A stretch of 64,000 nt of DNA from an uncultured virus (IMG/VR IMGVR_UViG_3300044715_000653) (IMGVR_UViG_3300044715_000653); one strand, 5' to 3'; shown: positions 11,036-20,846, numbered from the stretch's first letter. Numbers and translations: made by a program. Notes: generated by a model from the sequence alone, not told the origin.

Positions 11036-11271
11036 TTACCCTTGCGTAAATAGCTAAGAATTCCAGTTATGCTTTGTTGCATGTTATTATATTTGTTCTT
11101 AAGACTTTCCAATTCCTCAGATTGTCTACGTAGTTGTAGTTGCAACTCCATAATAACATCTTTTTGTTCTCTGATAACCTTGTCATGCGACAGCAGGTTA
11201 GGACGCGGTGGTGCATTTGGATCCACTGCACGTTTTTTCTTTGCTTTAAATTGGGCTGGATTATATGCCAT
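11032..11271 (-). CDS. Small coiled-coil hypothetical protein
   Basis: ORF coupled to neighbours. Confidence 0.6.
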   Translation of the reverse strand: MAYNPAQFKAKKKRAVDPNAPPRPNLLSHDKVIREQKDVIMELQLQLRRQSEELESLKNKYNNMQQSITGILSYLRKGK

Positions 11272-11485
11272 CTTTATATTCCTTTGATAACTTATATATC
11301 ATTATAGCATGATCCAGTGCGGTTTGTAAAGACTTATTTGTTTTAGCCGCTCGACGAATCTCACCCCATAATTTATCTTCTCGTATCTGAGCCATCGAAT
11401 CTATAAGTTCAGTATCATCTAATGCTACTACACCTTCGTACATCATGTCGTCTGTGATCACACTAGGATTAAGTTTAATTACCAT
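11261..11485 (-). CDS. Hypothetical protein
   Basis: ORF overlapping neighbours in operon. Confidence 0.6.
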   Translation of the reverse strand: MVIKLNPSVITDDMMYEGVVALDDTELIDSMAQIREDKLWGEIRRAAKTNKSLQTALDHAIMIYKLSKEYKDGI

Positions 11486-11979
11486 ATCTTACTGTAGTCT
11501 ACAATTTCACTCTGACGACTAATGTCTTTGACAAAGTATGCGCACAAAGGTGAGTCGCCTGATTCAATCGGTACTGCTAACATCTGTCCAGGTTTTAATT
11601 TAGGGAAATACCATTTAACATCTTGGTAAATGTCTACAATCTCAATGTTAAAGAACTCTGGTTTGAAACTACTTAATGGATTAAATGCAAATACACTAAA
11701 GCCACGGTCATTGATTGATGTAAGTGGTATTACTTCTAAGTCACCAATGTCAGGTTCGCCAATAAGTACCTGCCAATCCACAGGCATCTTAACTAGATTA
11801 CCACCGATGTTTAATACTAACGCTGGACTGTTAAATGACTCTAAGAAGATTAACGGAATAAAGAAGTAATCTGGATTCTTTGGGTCACTGTTATCTAAGA
11901 TAGCAAAACGCAAATCCTCAACTTCATCAGGTATTTCGTTCATTTCGTATGCTTGATTTTCTAAGGTTAAGATATAAAT
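11479..11979 (-). CDS. Conserved-looking hypothetical protein, probable ATT start
   Basis: Track ORF starts at 11943, but the frame is open upstream to an ATT at 11979 preceded by AAGGA. Confidence 0.6.
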   Translation of the reverse strand: MYILTLENQAYEMNEIPDEVEDLRFAILDNSDPKNPDYFFIPLIFLESFNSPALVLNIGGNLVKMPVDWQVLIGEPDIGDLEVIPLTSINDRGFSVFAFNPLSSFKPEFFNIEIVDIYQDVKWYFPKLKPGQMLAVPIESGDSPLCAYFVKDISRQSEIVDYSKIW

Positions 11980-11980
11980 T

Positions 11981-12580
11981 TTAGTATTCCTTTATGTTAA
12001 TTTGTTCTATTAGATCTTTGTATTCTTGACAGAATTGAGTAAAGGTTAAATTGTTTTCTAATACCAATCCCAAAAAAGTTCTTGTAGTTAGTATGTTCTC
12101 AACTGAATGACATTGTTGAACACTATAACTATACCATGTATTTTTATTAAACTGTGCAGACTCACTCAGGGTTAACTCACTTGGTATTATATTTTTAGAT
12201 TCAGTTAAATCATCCGACGTTCTATAGTAATCATAAAAACATGTCTGAACATTGTTACCGCCTAGGTCAATATAATAATTGATTGCAATATATCTTGCTC
12301 TGTCACAGTGTGGTGGCAAGCATGCAGGTTGGTCAGTTACATTACGCATTACACCAATCATTGGAGTAACGGATTGATTAAAATATTCTGCATAAATTTC
12401 ATTTATTTCTGCGGTTAGATCAGATGCCACAGAGAACTGTTGATTAACACTGTTAGTTGAATGGTAATTATTTAACCAATATCTAGGCTCGTTGTCTCGT
12501 GCCATCGAATCTGCTATAACAGCAATTTTGTTAATTGTTGTCTGTGGCAACGCCGGTAGAGATAGTGTTACTATAGACAT
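11981..12580 (-). CDS. 2OG-Fe(II) oxygenase/cupin-like protein (paralogue 1)
   Basis: PPHCD (HxD) ... CHSVENI..TR, a facial-triad pattern. Confidence 0.6.
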   Translation of the reverse strand: MSIVTLSLPALPQTTINKIAVIADSMARDNEPRYWLNNYHSTNSVNQQFSVASDLTAEINEIYAEYFNQSVTPMIGVMRNVTDQPACLPPHCDRARYIAINYYIDLGGNNVQTCFYDYYRTSDDLTESKNIIPSELTLSESAQFNKNTWYSYSVQQCHSVENILTTRTFLGLVLENNLTFTQFCQEYKDLIEQINIKEY

Positions 12581-13173
12581 TTTACTTCAGTATTACTAAT
12601 TAATGTTTTATGTTGTTGAACAAATTCTTGCATAGTTGGATTAGATTTTAATACTAATATTAAAATTATTCGAGTTGTTTCGATATTCTCTACAGAATGA
12701 CATTGTTGAACACTATAACTATACCAATTATTTAATTGTAAGTGATACGATTTTTGTAAATTGATTTCATCATATGTAAAAAATTTAGAATCTTCCATGT
12801 CCATCTCTCTGGATTTATCATAAAAGCAAGTACGTACACTGTCGCCACCTAAATCAATATAATAATTAATTGCTATATGTCTATAGTAATCATAGTGCGC
12901 CGGCATGCTTGCTGGAGTATTATCAACGTTACATAATACTCCAATATATGTATCAAATGTATCATTGAAATATTTTGAATAAATTTTATTAATTTCGGTA
13001 TTCAATTCATGCACTGGTACAAAACTATGATTAGCAGTATTAACCGAACCATTGTAAAACTTGTTCAGCCTGACACGTTCTTCATCATTATGTGTAAGCG
13101 TATTAGCGAATAGTCTAAGTTTTGATATTAAATGTGCCGGCAACTTGGGTAAAGTTAAATTAGCTATTTCCAT
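12571..13173 (-). CDS. 2OG-Fe(II) oxygenase/cupin-like protein (paralogue 2)
   Basis: PAHYD (HxD) ... CHSVENIETTR; clearly paralogous to the neighbour. Confidence 0.6.
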   Translation of the reverse strand: MEIANLTLPKLPAHLISKLRLFANTLTHNDEERVRLNKFYNGSVNTANHSFVPVHELNTEINKIYSKYFNDTFDTYIGVLCNVDNTPASMPAHYDYYRHIAINYYIDLGGDSVRTCFYDKSREMDMEDSKFFTYDEINLQKSYHLQLNNWYSYSVQQCHSVENIETTRIILILVLKSNPTMQEFVQQHKTLISNTEVKCL

Positions 13174-14621
13174 TCTGTTTTCTCCACTGCATAAGGATAG
13201 TTTGCTTCAGTGTAGAATTTCTTTCTAACTGTAAGATGTCGTTTGGCAAACTTACAAGTTGATGTTATGTCCCAGATTTGAACAAAGTCTTTGTCTTCCG
13301 CTTTGCGAATGCCACGCCCGATACTCTGGATGACCCTGACAAAAGATTTACCAGGCTCAATAAGCACAAGGTTAAAAACACGAGGAATATTGATGCCAAC
13401 AGCAGCAACACCATAGGTAGCAACAGCAACAAAGTTATCACTGGTTGCAAACTCATCATAACTGTCTTTTCTATCATTTGCTTTTGTTCCTCCCGATACA
13501 AACACAGCATCTTTGACTAGGTCAACTAATGCTTTGCCTGGAGCAATACGATCAACTAATACAAGTGTATTACCAGTCGTTCGTATACGCTCTATCATTT
13601 TACTTATGTAATCAATACGTGCGTCAGTCTCTAATAGATATTTTAACTCGCTTTGATAATCTTTATATTCCGCATGGTCTATTAGCTGTACAACGTTCAC
13701 GTGACAGTTAGCAAGTACACCCTGGTCTTGTAATTCACTGGCGCTTAATCTGCCTAATACCTCACCCAACGAACACTTTAGAGCCATAAACTCGTACATT
13801 TCTTTAGGTATTGTGCCGGTTAATCCCCACCTAATAGGAATATGTGCCATTACACTAGTAAGCAGAGTTTTAAGTGCATCTGCCTTGGCCATGTGTACTT
13901 CATCAACCATAACACATACGACACCTTCCAAAAATTCCATTATGGTAATGTCTGCTTCATGTGCTTTGGTATTTTTAAGCAGTATGTTTAGACTTTGCCA
14001 AGTACAAATAGTATGAGTATGCCCAAACTCTTTACGATCACCAAAGTAAACACCAACGTCCAAGCCTAAGTTAATGTAATCTGCTTCTGTTTGTGTAACA
14101 AGTGATTTGTTGGGTACGATTACCACAGTGCGACCATATGGTTCGCAACTATAACTCAATGCCGCAGTGATTAGAGTCTTGCCTGCACCTGTGGCAATTT
14201 CCTGTAGGCACTGTGGATTACTTAAGAACTTATTAATAATTTCAATTTGATAGTCTCGTAGTACAACCGGCTGTCCTTCAATAGGATGTTTTTTAGGCCA
14301 CACTTTATGTGCAAATGTCTGTTCTGTTACCTGTGTAAAATCAAACTGTGTACGATATTCACGTAGGTCTTCTAACTCAATATTATAGCCACGTTCGTCA
14401 ATGTAGGGCAACATCTCAGCAAGTAGGTTAGTGTAAGTACTGCCGCCCAATTGGAAGTAAGCCACTTTGCCATCCCAGCGGCCAAGACGTACACTTGGTA
14501 GGTAACGTGCGCCTGGGATTTCAAACTTAAACTTGTTGGCTAGATACTTGCGCTCAGTAAGTTCAAGCCCTTCTAACTTACAGTTCACTTCATCTTTAAT
14601 TATAATTTTACAGGTTGCCAT
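13164..14621 (-). CDS. uvsW: SF2 DNA helicase, UvsW-like
   Basis: LRDYQ, ATGAGKT, DEVH, GLTGT, QSIGRGIR motifs; WDG in N-term. Confidence 0.9.
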   Translation of the reverse strand: MATCKIIIKDEVNCKLEGLELTERKYLANKFKFEIPGARYLPSVRLGRWDGKVAYFQLGGSTYTNLLAEMLPYIDERGYNIELEDLREYRTQFDFTQVTEQTFAHKVWPKKHPIEGQPVVLRDYQIEIINKFLSNPQCLQEIATGAGKTLITAALSYSCEPYGRTVVIVPNKSLVTQTEADYINLGLDVGVYFGDRKEFGHTHTICTWQSLNILLKNTKAHEADITIMEFLEGVVCVMVDEVHMAKADALKTLLTSVMAHIPIRWGLTGTIPKEMYEFMALKCSLGEVLGRLSASELQDQGVLANCHVNVVQLIDHAEYKDYQSELKYLLETDARIDYISKMIERIRTTGNTLVLVDRIAPGKALVDLVKDAVFVSGGTKANDRKDSYDEFATSDNFVAVATYGVAAVGINIPRVFNLVLIEPGKSFVRVIQSIGRGIRKAEDKDFVQIWDITSTCKFAKRHLTVRKKFYTEANYPYAVEKTEWK

Positions 14622-15745
14622 TAATCAGTTTCTCTCAATTTGGTATTGGTGCAGTAGGCTATCTTTTCTGCTTGGTTAATCCATTCCATACGCTTGCCAC
14701 CATACATCATTTCCACTGTGGATACTAACAACGGTATTGAATAGTTCCACGTTGCTGGTATCTTGTGTGCATATACTACTTTAACACAATCTATATTGTA
14801 ATCGCAAGTCTTTGTTTTACCACGAAGGTCAAAACGTACAATTTCATCTTGTGCAAATCTACTCAAGTCTATATGTGCCGATGACATTGTTGGATCATAA
14901 ATGCATACAGGATAACGATTGGTTAACTCTGCGTATGAGAATAGGAATGCCAAGGCATCTTCGGTCATTGGTAAATGTATATCACGTTTACTGCCAAATA
15001 TATCTAACAGTGCAGGACGAGTTAACATATCGTCATAGGTATATCCTAACACACCAGAATTATCAATTAACGCTATCCCATTGTCCGGACCAAATCCACC
15101 TAACTCAGTATTGATATATTCGATTAAACTATCAGCGGCATTGGTAATAGAATATCCGGTAGCAGTCTGCACTAGTTTAATTTCGTATGATGTTGCTTCA
15201 CACTCCATAATTAAATTAAACAAGTTTTGTACTAGTGGGTCAATTTCAAAATTATTTATTTCACCCCAGGTCACTGCCCAGTTTACATTAGCCTCAGTAA
15301 TAGCCAAGTACCAAACCTTTTCTTCTTGGTTATACTTCATACTACCTTGACTTATATTGCGTTCTTCTTGTATGGCTTTAATCATTGGAAGGTCATAAGG
15401 AAAGCGCACACCGATGCGTTCATCATCTAACCAAATTTGTTTTGACCTATTGACAATTCTCACCGGTTTACGAAACTGTGGTGTTTTTGCTGGTGTGACA
15501 TCGATACTCAGACGAGCAAATTGTTTACGATATTTAAGCACTAATCGCACAGCAAGATCTGCTTGCTTGTCAGTCAGTGCACCACCCCAATAGGTATGTG
15601 AGCTCATACTTTGTACAATCGTAACATCGTATCGTGCCAAACTAATAAGCGGACCATTCATAGGATTAGTAATTACCAATGTGCCTGGAGTGAGGCCGCC
15701 TAGTAGTTCTAAATAGTCTTCGATGTGAGTGTATGCAACTGTCAT
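14621..15745 (-). CDS. Hypothetical protein
   Basis: Long ORF coupled to uvsW; LTDKQ..L..RLV.KY motif. Confidence 0.7.
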   Translation of the reverse strand: MTVAYTHIEDYLELLGGLTPGTLVITNPMNGPLISLARYDVTIVQSMSSHTYWGGALTDKQADLAVRLVLKYRKQFARLSIDVTPAKTPQFRKPVRIVNRSKQIWLDDERIGVRFPYDLPMIKAIQEERNISQGSMKYNQEEKVWYLAITEANVNWAVTWGEINNFEIDPLVQNLFNLIMECEATSYEIKLVQTATGYSITNAADSLIEYINTELGGFGPDNGIALIDNSGVLGYTYDDMLTRPALLDIFGSKRDIHLPMTEDALAFLFSYAELTNRYPVCIYDPTMSSAHIDLSRFAQDEIVRFDLRGKTKTCDYNIDCVKVVYAHKIPATWNYSIPLLVSTVEMMYGGKRMEWINQAEKIAYCTNTKLRETD

Positions 15746-15751
15746 AGTATT

Positions 15752-15780
15752 AGTATACGTGAATATTTTAGGTAAATCAA
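15752..15780 (-). promoter_or_regulatory. Sigma70-type promoter (TTGATT-17-TATACT), probably leaderless transcript
   Basis: -10 box lies 6 nt upstream of ATG 15745. Confidence 0.65.
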
Positions 15781-15783
15781 CCT

Positions 15784-15817
15784 AAAAAAAAGCTCAATGT
15801 AATCAAACATTGAGCTC
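15784..15817 (-). terminator. Intrinsic terminator after fhs
   Basis: AGCTCAATGT/ACATTGAGCT stem followed by a T run. Confidence 0.8.
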
Positions 15818-15862
15818 GGAGGACGTTACACCAGGAGCATGACTGTGCGGTGTAACGTAAAA

Positions 15863-17482
15863 CTAATCTAATCCAGTAATGTTGCCTTGTCGATCGATAT
15901 CAATCTTCTCAGCATTTGGTTGTGCAGGTAATCCTGGCATGGTCATAATGTTGCCGCAGACTGCTACAATAAACTCTGCACCTGTACACAATCTTAACTC
16001 ACGTACCGTTAACGTATGACGTTGGGTTGCGGCCGTTTTATTTGTAGGATCATCACTGAAACTACTCTGTGTCTTAGCAATACAAATTGGATAATTGCCG
16101 TAGTCTTCTTGTAGTTCGTTTAATCGTGCTGTTACTTTAGCATCCATCGCAACACCACTTGCGCCATAGATACGTGTGGCTATTTTGTTTATCTTAGACA
16201 ATATCGTATCGTCATCTCGATAGGTTAATTCCATTGTCTTATCACTTCGATCCATGGCCATGACAACTTCGTGTGCTAGTTCTTCTGCACCAACACCGCC
16301 CTCGGCAAAATGTGTACACTCTACTGCTTCAATGTCGAACGTTTCGTTAACATGATCTATTAAATCGTTAACGTCACTGTCTTTATCATCTTTAAAACGA
16401 TTAACTGCAACCACACAAGGCAAGTTATAATGCGTCTTAATGTTAGCAATATGCCGGTCTAGGTTATCGTAGTTACCTTGATGTTTAATTGCTCTTACAG
16501 TAGCTACAAGCACCACTACGTCAGGTTTAAGACCGCTTTTACGACACTTAATATTAATAAACTTCTCGGCACCCAAGTCAGCACCAAAGCCTGCTTCAGT
16601 TACTACATAGTCTGCTAACTTCATAGCCAGCTTAGTAGCAATAACACTGTTACAGCCGTGTGCTATGTTAGCGAACGGGCCACCATGTACTAGTGCAGGA
16701 GTACCCTCTAAGGTCTGCACTAGGTTAGGTTTAACAGCATCTTTAAGTAGTGCAGCCATTGCACCGTGTGCTTTAAGATCTTTAGCTGTAACAGGTTTAT
16801 TGTCCTGTGTATAACCAATGGTAATCTTACCTAGCCGACGCTTTAGGTCTTTAAAATCTTCTGCCAAACATAGTATAGCCATTACTTCACTGGCTACTAC
16901 GATGTCAAATCCTTCTTCACGTGTAACGCTGTTATGCGCACCAAGGCCTACTACAGTCTGACGTAGACTACGGTCATTCATCTCACCAACACGACGCCAA
17001 GTGATACGGTTGGTGTCGAGGTTTAATGCATTACCCCAATGTAGGTGATTGTCAATCATTGAACTTAGTAAATTGTGTGCGCAGGCAATAGCATGGAAGT
17101 CACCTGTAAAGTGTAGGTTAATATCTTCCATTGGTGCTACTTGTGCATAGCCGCCGCCAGTTGCTCCACCTTTCATACCAAACACTGGACCAAGCGCAGG
17201 CTCACGTAGGCAGACAATTGACTTGTAGTTTAACCGACGTAGACCATCTGCTAGGCCAATAGTTGTTGTGGTTTTGCCTTCACCGGCTGGTGTTGGTGTG
17301 ATGGCTGTTACTAAAATTAACTTACTATCTCGACTAGGACGGTCAGCAAGTTGTTCTATGTTTAGTTTGGCTTTCTTACCGCCGTATACTTCTAACTGCT
17401 CGTCCTGTATATCGATAGAACTAGCAACGTCTGTAATAGGTAGTAAGTCTGCCGATTGGTTGATTTGAATGTCTGTTTTCAT
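15863..17482 (-). CDS. fhs: Formate--tetrahydrofolate ligase
   Basis: [75 protein letters not shown]. Confidence 0.97.
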   Translation of the reverse strand: MKTDIQINQSADLLPITDVASSIDIQDEQLEVYGGKKAKLNIEQLADRPSRDSKLILVTAITPTPAGEGKTTTTIGLADGLRRLNYKSIVCLREPALGPVFGMKGGATGGGYAQVAPMEDINLHFTGDFHAIACAHNLLSSMIDNHLHWGNALNLDTNRITWRRVGEMNDRSLRQTVVGLGAHNSVTREEGFDIVVASEVMAILCLAEDFKDLKRRLGKITIGYTQDNKPVTAKDLKAHGAMAALLKDAVKPNLVQTLEGTPALVHGGPFANIAHGCNSVIATKLAMKLADYVVTEAGFGADLGAEKFINIKCRKSGLKPDVVVLVATVRAIKHQGNYDNLDRHIANIKTHYNLPCVVAVNRFKDDKDSDVNDLIDHVNETFDIEAVECTHFAEGGVGAEELAHEVVMAMDRSDKTMELTYRDDDTILSKINKIATRIYGASGVAMDAKVTARLNELQEDYGNYPICIAKTQSSFSDDPTNKTAATQRHTLTVRELRLCTGAEFIVAVCGNIMTMPGLPAQPNAEKIDIDRQGNITGLD

Positions 17483-17500
17483 TGATACTACTATTTAATG

Positions 17501-17671
17501 CTACCGAGGACGAAGGATATAATTTATTCCTACAATGAAAGCATCCAATACTGCGCCTGGATAGTTTTGTTTACCCATATCCACAAAGAAACACATAACA
17601 AATAAACCAATGAAGAACCATGTTAGTTGTCGATCATTTTCATGCAACCAAAAACGAATTTTATTCCACAT
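17501..17671 (-). CDS. Small membrane protein (56 aa)
   Basis: Hand-translated MWNKIRFWLHENDRQLTWFFIGLFVMCFFVD...; AGGAG SD. Confidence 0.6.
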   Translation of the reverse strand: MWNKIRFWLHENDRQLTWFFIGLFVMCFFVDMGKQNYPGAVLDAFIVGINYILRPR

Positions 17672-17674
17672 ATA

Positions 17675-17818
17675 CTACTCCTTGTTAGCTAATTTTTCAG
17701 ATAATTTTTTTAGTTTATCTACAGCTTCATCGTAACGGACCCAAGATTCATGCGCACGACCAAAACAATAACCAATAAACACAAACCAAACCACGCTTAA
17801 CCAATATTGCCATTCCAT
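17675..17818 (-). CDS. Small membrane protein (47 aa)
   Basis: MEWQYWLSVVWFVFIGYCFGRAHE...; AGGAG SD. Confidence 0.6.
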   Translation of the reverse strand: MEWQYWLSVVWFVFIGYCFGRAHESWVRYDEAVDKLKKLSEKLANKE

Positions 17819-17829
17819 ATTAAATCTCC

Positions 17830-17961
17830 TTAGTCTTTACCGCTAGCTAAAAGTATTACGGTAAGTAGGAACCACCAAGCACTCCAACCCTGCCAACCTA
17901 CTAGGTAAACGGTACCTCCTAGTAGGATTAAATTATAAATCATTGCTAATAATAATTTCAT
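17830..17961 (-). CDS. Small membrane protein (43 aa)
   Basis: MKLLLAMIYNLILLGGTVYLVGWQGWSAWWFLLTVILLASGKD; GAGG upstream. Confidence 0.6.
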   Translation of the reverse strand: MKLLLAMIYNLILLGGTVYLVGWQGWSAWWFLLTVILLASGKD

Positions 17962-18033
17962 TTCATTATGCCTCAAACTTTAGTATTGCCGCAAATATTA
18001 TGGCCCGCAATCACGGCAACCGTTGTAAATCGT

Positions 18034-19059
18034 TTACGCAGTAACTCGCATGCACGTAGTCTTAGCCATGCTTTCCCAAGTGTTAGGAAAGCTCTTGTAA
18101 AGCTGTGCTACTTTAATTGCCATACGCAAACTCATCTCACGCATTTTGTTTTTGTTAGCATCTAAAAAGTCAATAATAACATCTTGCCCAACTTCACTAA
18201 TGCCCAAGTCCGAAAACATTTCACCTTGTTTAGCAATTTGTCTAATACGCAATACTTTATCACGCATAGTGTCTAATGTCAAATCTAAATAGTGACAGCG
18301 TGACTGTAATGCTTCTAAGTGATCCTTCAAACGTTGTGACTTAACTGCGTCAAATTTTAAGTTAGTAATAAAAATTACACTACCTTTAAATTGAAAGCTG
18401 TTAGGAATGTCTTCTTGTTTCAATACACGTGACTCACTCAACCAGCTAATTTTACGTGACTTACCGCTGTCTAGCGCACCTTTAAGCAAGTTCAAACTAA
18501 CATCATCAAACAAGATGCTATCACAGTCATCAAACACAATAACGCTGTTAGCATCACTGTACTCGTACAATACTTTGTACAAACCAATAGCACTAGCACT
18601 ACCTTTAACCACAGTGTGTTTAGGTTTTGCGTTAGCAATGTTTTGGAATAAGTTTGCCTTGTCAATTTGTGCTTCCACTGTGTAGCTTTTACCTACACCC
18701 GGAGGACCACTTACAATCATTGCACGTATATCACCGTTCAATACTGCCTTAGTCATTTCGTCAAGCATTTCAAAACGCAAGCCAATATCAGCAATACGTT
18801 CTTCGTCTGTTTGTGTGCTTGTTGCAGTTGTTTCTTTAGCAGCCACTACACCTGTATACTCGTCAGCATGTACAAACTCAATGTCTGTAGGACTTTCTAC
18901 TAATACTCTAATTTTATCTTTACCAAACTGCCCTGTACCATCAACAGTAATAAAACCGCCTTTAGCACCAACAGTGTAATGTTTTACAAGTGGAAATACT
19001 TCGTTTTGTATTGCTGTGTTTCTATAACTACCATTTTTAATTTTAACAAAACCAGTCAT
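18034..19059 (-). CDS. AAA+ P-loop ATPase
   Basis: Walker A GPPGVGKS, Walker B VIVFDDCD, IFITN, SRC. Confidence 0.85.
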   Translation of the reverse strand: MTGFVKIKNGSYRNTAIQNEVFPLVKHYTVGAKGGFITVDGTGQFGKDKIRVLVESPTDIEFVHADEYTGVVAAKETTATSTQTDEERIADIGLRFEMLDEMTKAVLNGDIRAMIVSGPPGVGKSYTVEAQIDKANLFQNIANAKPKHTVVKGSASAIGLYKVLYEYSDANSVIVFDDCDSILFDDVSLNLLKGALDSGKSRKISWLSESRVLKQEDIPNSFQFKGSVIFITNLKFDAVKSQRLKDHLEALQSRCHYLDLTLDTMRDKVLRIRQIAKQGEMFSDLGISEVGQDVIIDFLDANKNKMREMSLRMAIKVAQLYKSFPNTWESMAKTTCMRVTA

Positions 19060-19094
19060 TTATAGCTCCTTTTGTTGTTTTCTTAGTATGTGTA

Positions 19095-19123
19095 ACTATA
19101 ACACCTCTGCGTGTGTTTGTCAA
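19095..19123 (-). promoter_or_regulatory. Sigma70 early promoter
   Basis: TTGACA-17-TATAGT. Confidence 0.75.
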
Positions 19124-19245
19124 GTACTTTATAAGGGGATTTAGGGTGCTGTTACGACCGGAACAACCCTTAGTAGTAACGTTAATAAAATTAAAATGTA
19201 ACAACACCCTAAAACTGTGAAATCGTTTCCTAACTGTCAAATGCT

Positions 19246-19274
19246 ATTATACTACCATTTGGTTAGGTTGTCAA
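19246..19274 (-). promoter_or_regulatory. Sigma70 early promoter
   Basis: Perfect TTGACA-17-TATAAT. Confidence 0.85.
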
Positions 19275-19279
19275 CCGCT

Positions 19280-19567
19280 TTAGTAATTAAGTTGGCGGAA
19301 GTCTGAATATGGAATTGTGTAGTTGTTAGCACGAATTATTGTGACTAACTCTTTAGCCGCTGCGTTGTAAAAACGTGCAAATTGACGAACTTGCCCACCG
19401 CTACGTTCACCATCGCAGGTTAAGTTCTCCGGGCTTAAATCATTGTCTAAACTATCATACAAATTTTGACAATCACGTTCTGATAAGTTATTAACATCAT
19501 AGGTCACATTATTGAAAATACGTGCCCAAGCATTTTTCTGTTCAATATACTGTGCTAGATTTTTCAT
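19280..19567 (-). CDS. Early hypothetical protein
   Basis: Own consensus promoter and GGAG SD; LSPENLTCDGE motif. Confidence 0.7.
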   Translation of the reverse strand: MKNLAQYIEQKNAWARIFNNVTYDVNNLSERDCQNLYDSLDNDLSPENLTCDGERSGGQVRQFARFYNAAAKELVTIIRANNYTIPYSDFRQLNY

Positions 19568-19599
19568 TAGTTGCTCCGTGTTGTTAGTGTATGTATAGC

Positions 19600-19628
19600 A
19601 TTATACAGTCATTTTACCAAAATGTCAA
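19600..19628 (-). promoter_or_regulatory. Sigma70 early promoter
   Basis: Perfect TTGACA-17-TATAAT. Confidence 0.85.
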
Positions 19629-19633
19629 CTACT

Positions 19634-19834
19634 TTATTGGGCTAATTTTGTGAAAATACTTTGCTGTAGTTCTGCTACTTCATCGTTGGGTACGTAGAAG
19701 TCTGTTGTTGGATCGTAGTACTCGCCTGCAGGGGCATCGTAGTATAATACACGACCGTTGGGATAATGGAATGGGCCTTCTAAGCCCTTACGGGCACCGT
19801 ATTCTTTACCATTTTGAAAAACTACGTAGGCCAT
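19634..19834 (-). CDS. Early hypothetical protein
   Basis: GLEGPF.Y.NGRVLYYD...GEYYDP.TDFY; own promoter and SD. Confidence 0.7.
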   Translation of the reverse strand: MAYVVFQNGKEYGARKGLEGPFHYPNGRVLYYDAPAGEYYDPTTDFYVPNDEVAELQQSIFTKLAQ

Positions 19835-19866
19835 TTGTTCTTCCTTATTAACAGTTTATGTATAGC

Positions 19867-19895
19867 ATTATACAGCCAAAATAATATTTTGTCAA
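19867..19895 (-). promoter_or_regulatory. Sigma70 early promoter
   Basis: Perfect TTGACA-17-TATAAT. Confidence 0.85.
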
Positions 19896-19919
19896 CTGAT
19901 ATCTGCATTAAATAGTATT

Positions 19920-20417
19920 ATGAATTTCGAACTAATCAAAACTCAATTAACCGAATGGATGACTACGTTTGTAGAACAACCAAACCCAGCATTAGGAAAT
20001 TGGGCGCCTTGTCCCTATGCCCAAGCGGCAAGAATCAACAACAAAATATCAGTTATCGAAAGCAGTGCCGCAGACTTGACCTCAACAGTTGATCGCTGTC
20101 TTAGCACCCTGGACAAGTATGAAGTAATTGTTGTATGTTTTGATCACACCCAAATAACAGGCACCGAATGTCAGCAATTAGTTACTACATTAAATGAAAA
20201 ATTAATGCAGGACAATTATGTTATCTTAGAAGATCATCCAGATTTGACCGAACACGTCGCTGGCATTAACATGAATTTTGGTCACTGTGGTTTATTAGTT
20301 ATCCAACATTTAAATAAACTAAATGAAGCTGCTGATAAGCTGCGTGCCGCAGGATATTATACTACCTGGAGCCAATCAGAACTAGACGAAGTAGTCACAT
20401 GGCGTTATCATAACTAA
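19920..20417 (+). CDS. DUF1415-like hypothetical protein
   Basis: W...FVE.P...L....PCPYA and DHP motifs. Confidence 0.5.
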   Translation: MNFELIKTQLTEWMTTFVEQPNPALGNWAPCPYAQAARINNKISVIESSAADLTSTVDRCLSTLDKYEVIVVCFDHTQITGTECQQLVTTLNEKLMQDNYVILEDHPDLTEHVAGINMNFGHCGLLVIQHLNKLNEAADKLRAAGYYTTWSQSELDEVVTWRYHN

Positions 20418-20846
20418 ATGAAATACTGTAGAATCGATCTAAGCAAGACCGATTACCGGCCTTTGAACAATTATCAATATCTCTATCAATTTGACATCAA
20501 TAAATTAAATCAAATTTATAAAGTCTATTGCGAACATAAACAGTTTACTAGTGTGATGCCAATCTTTGACACACAGTATCACGACGAACATACTGATGTT
20601 ATTGGTTACTATGATAACACAGAACTGGTTGCATTTAGTCTAGTTAGAACCTATGATCAACACAATGCCGAAGCATTGCAGTTTGCTTGGAACTACGAGA
20701 ATCCAAAACTTAGGTTAGGAATTGAAAGTTTAAAAAACGAATGTGCCTTATACAAAGCACGTGGATTTGAATATTTGTATCTAGGCCAAGCAGACGAATA
20801 TAAAAGTCAATTAGATGGATTTGAACTACTAGGATTATTACCGTGA
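20418..20846 (+). CDS. Arg/Leu-tRNA--protein transferase C-terminal (GNAT-fold)-like protein
   Basis: YY....LVAFS...AWNY..P.LRLG..SL..E....K.RGF.YLYLG resembles the ATE/Bpt C-terminal domain. Confidence 0.55.
   Translation: MKYCRIDLSKTDYRPLNNYQYLYQFDINKLNQIYKVYCEHKQFTSVMPIFDTQYHDEHTDVIGYYDNTELVAFSLVRTYDQHNAEALQFAWNYENPKLRLGIESLKNECALYKARGFEYLYLGQADEYKSQLDGFELLGLLP

Noticed and set aside
19043..19240. 65-aa TTG-start ORF
   Set aside because: Runs through a promoter and a long hairpin, has no SD and overlaps the next gene; ncRNA is more plausible.
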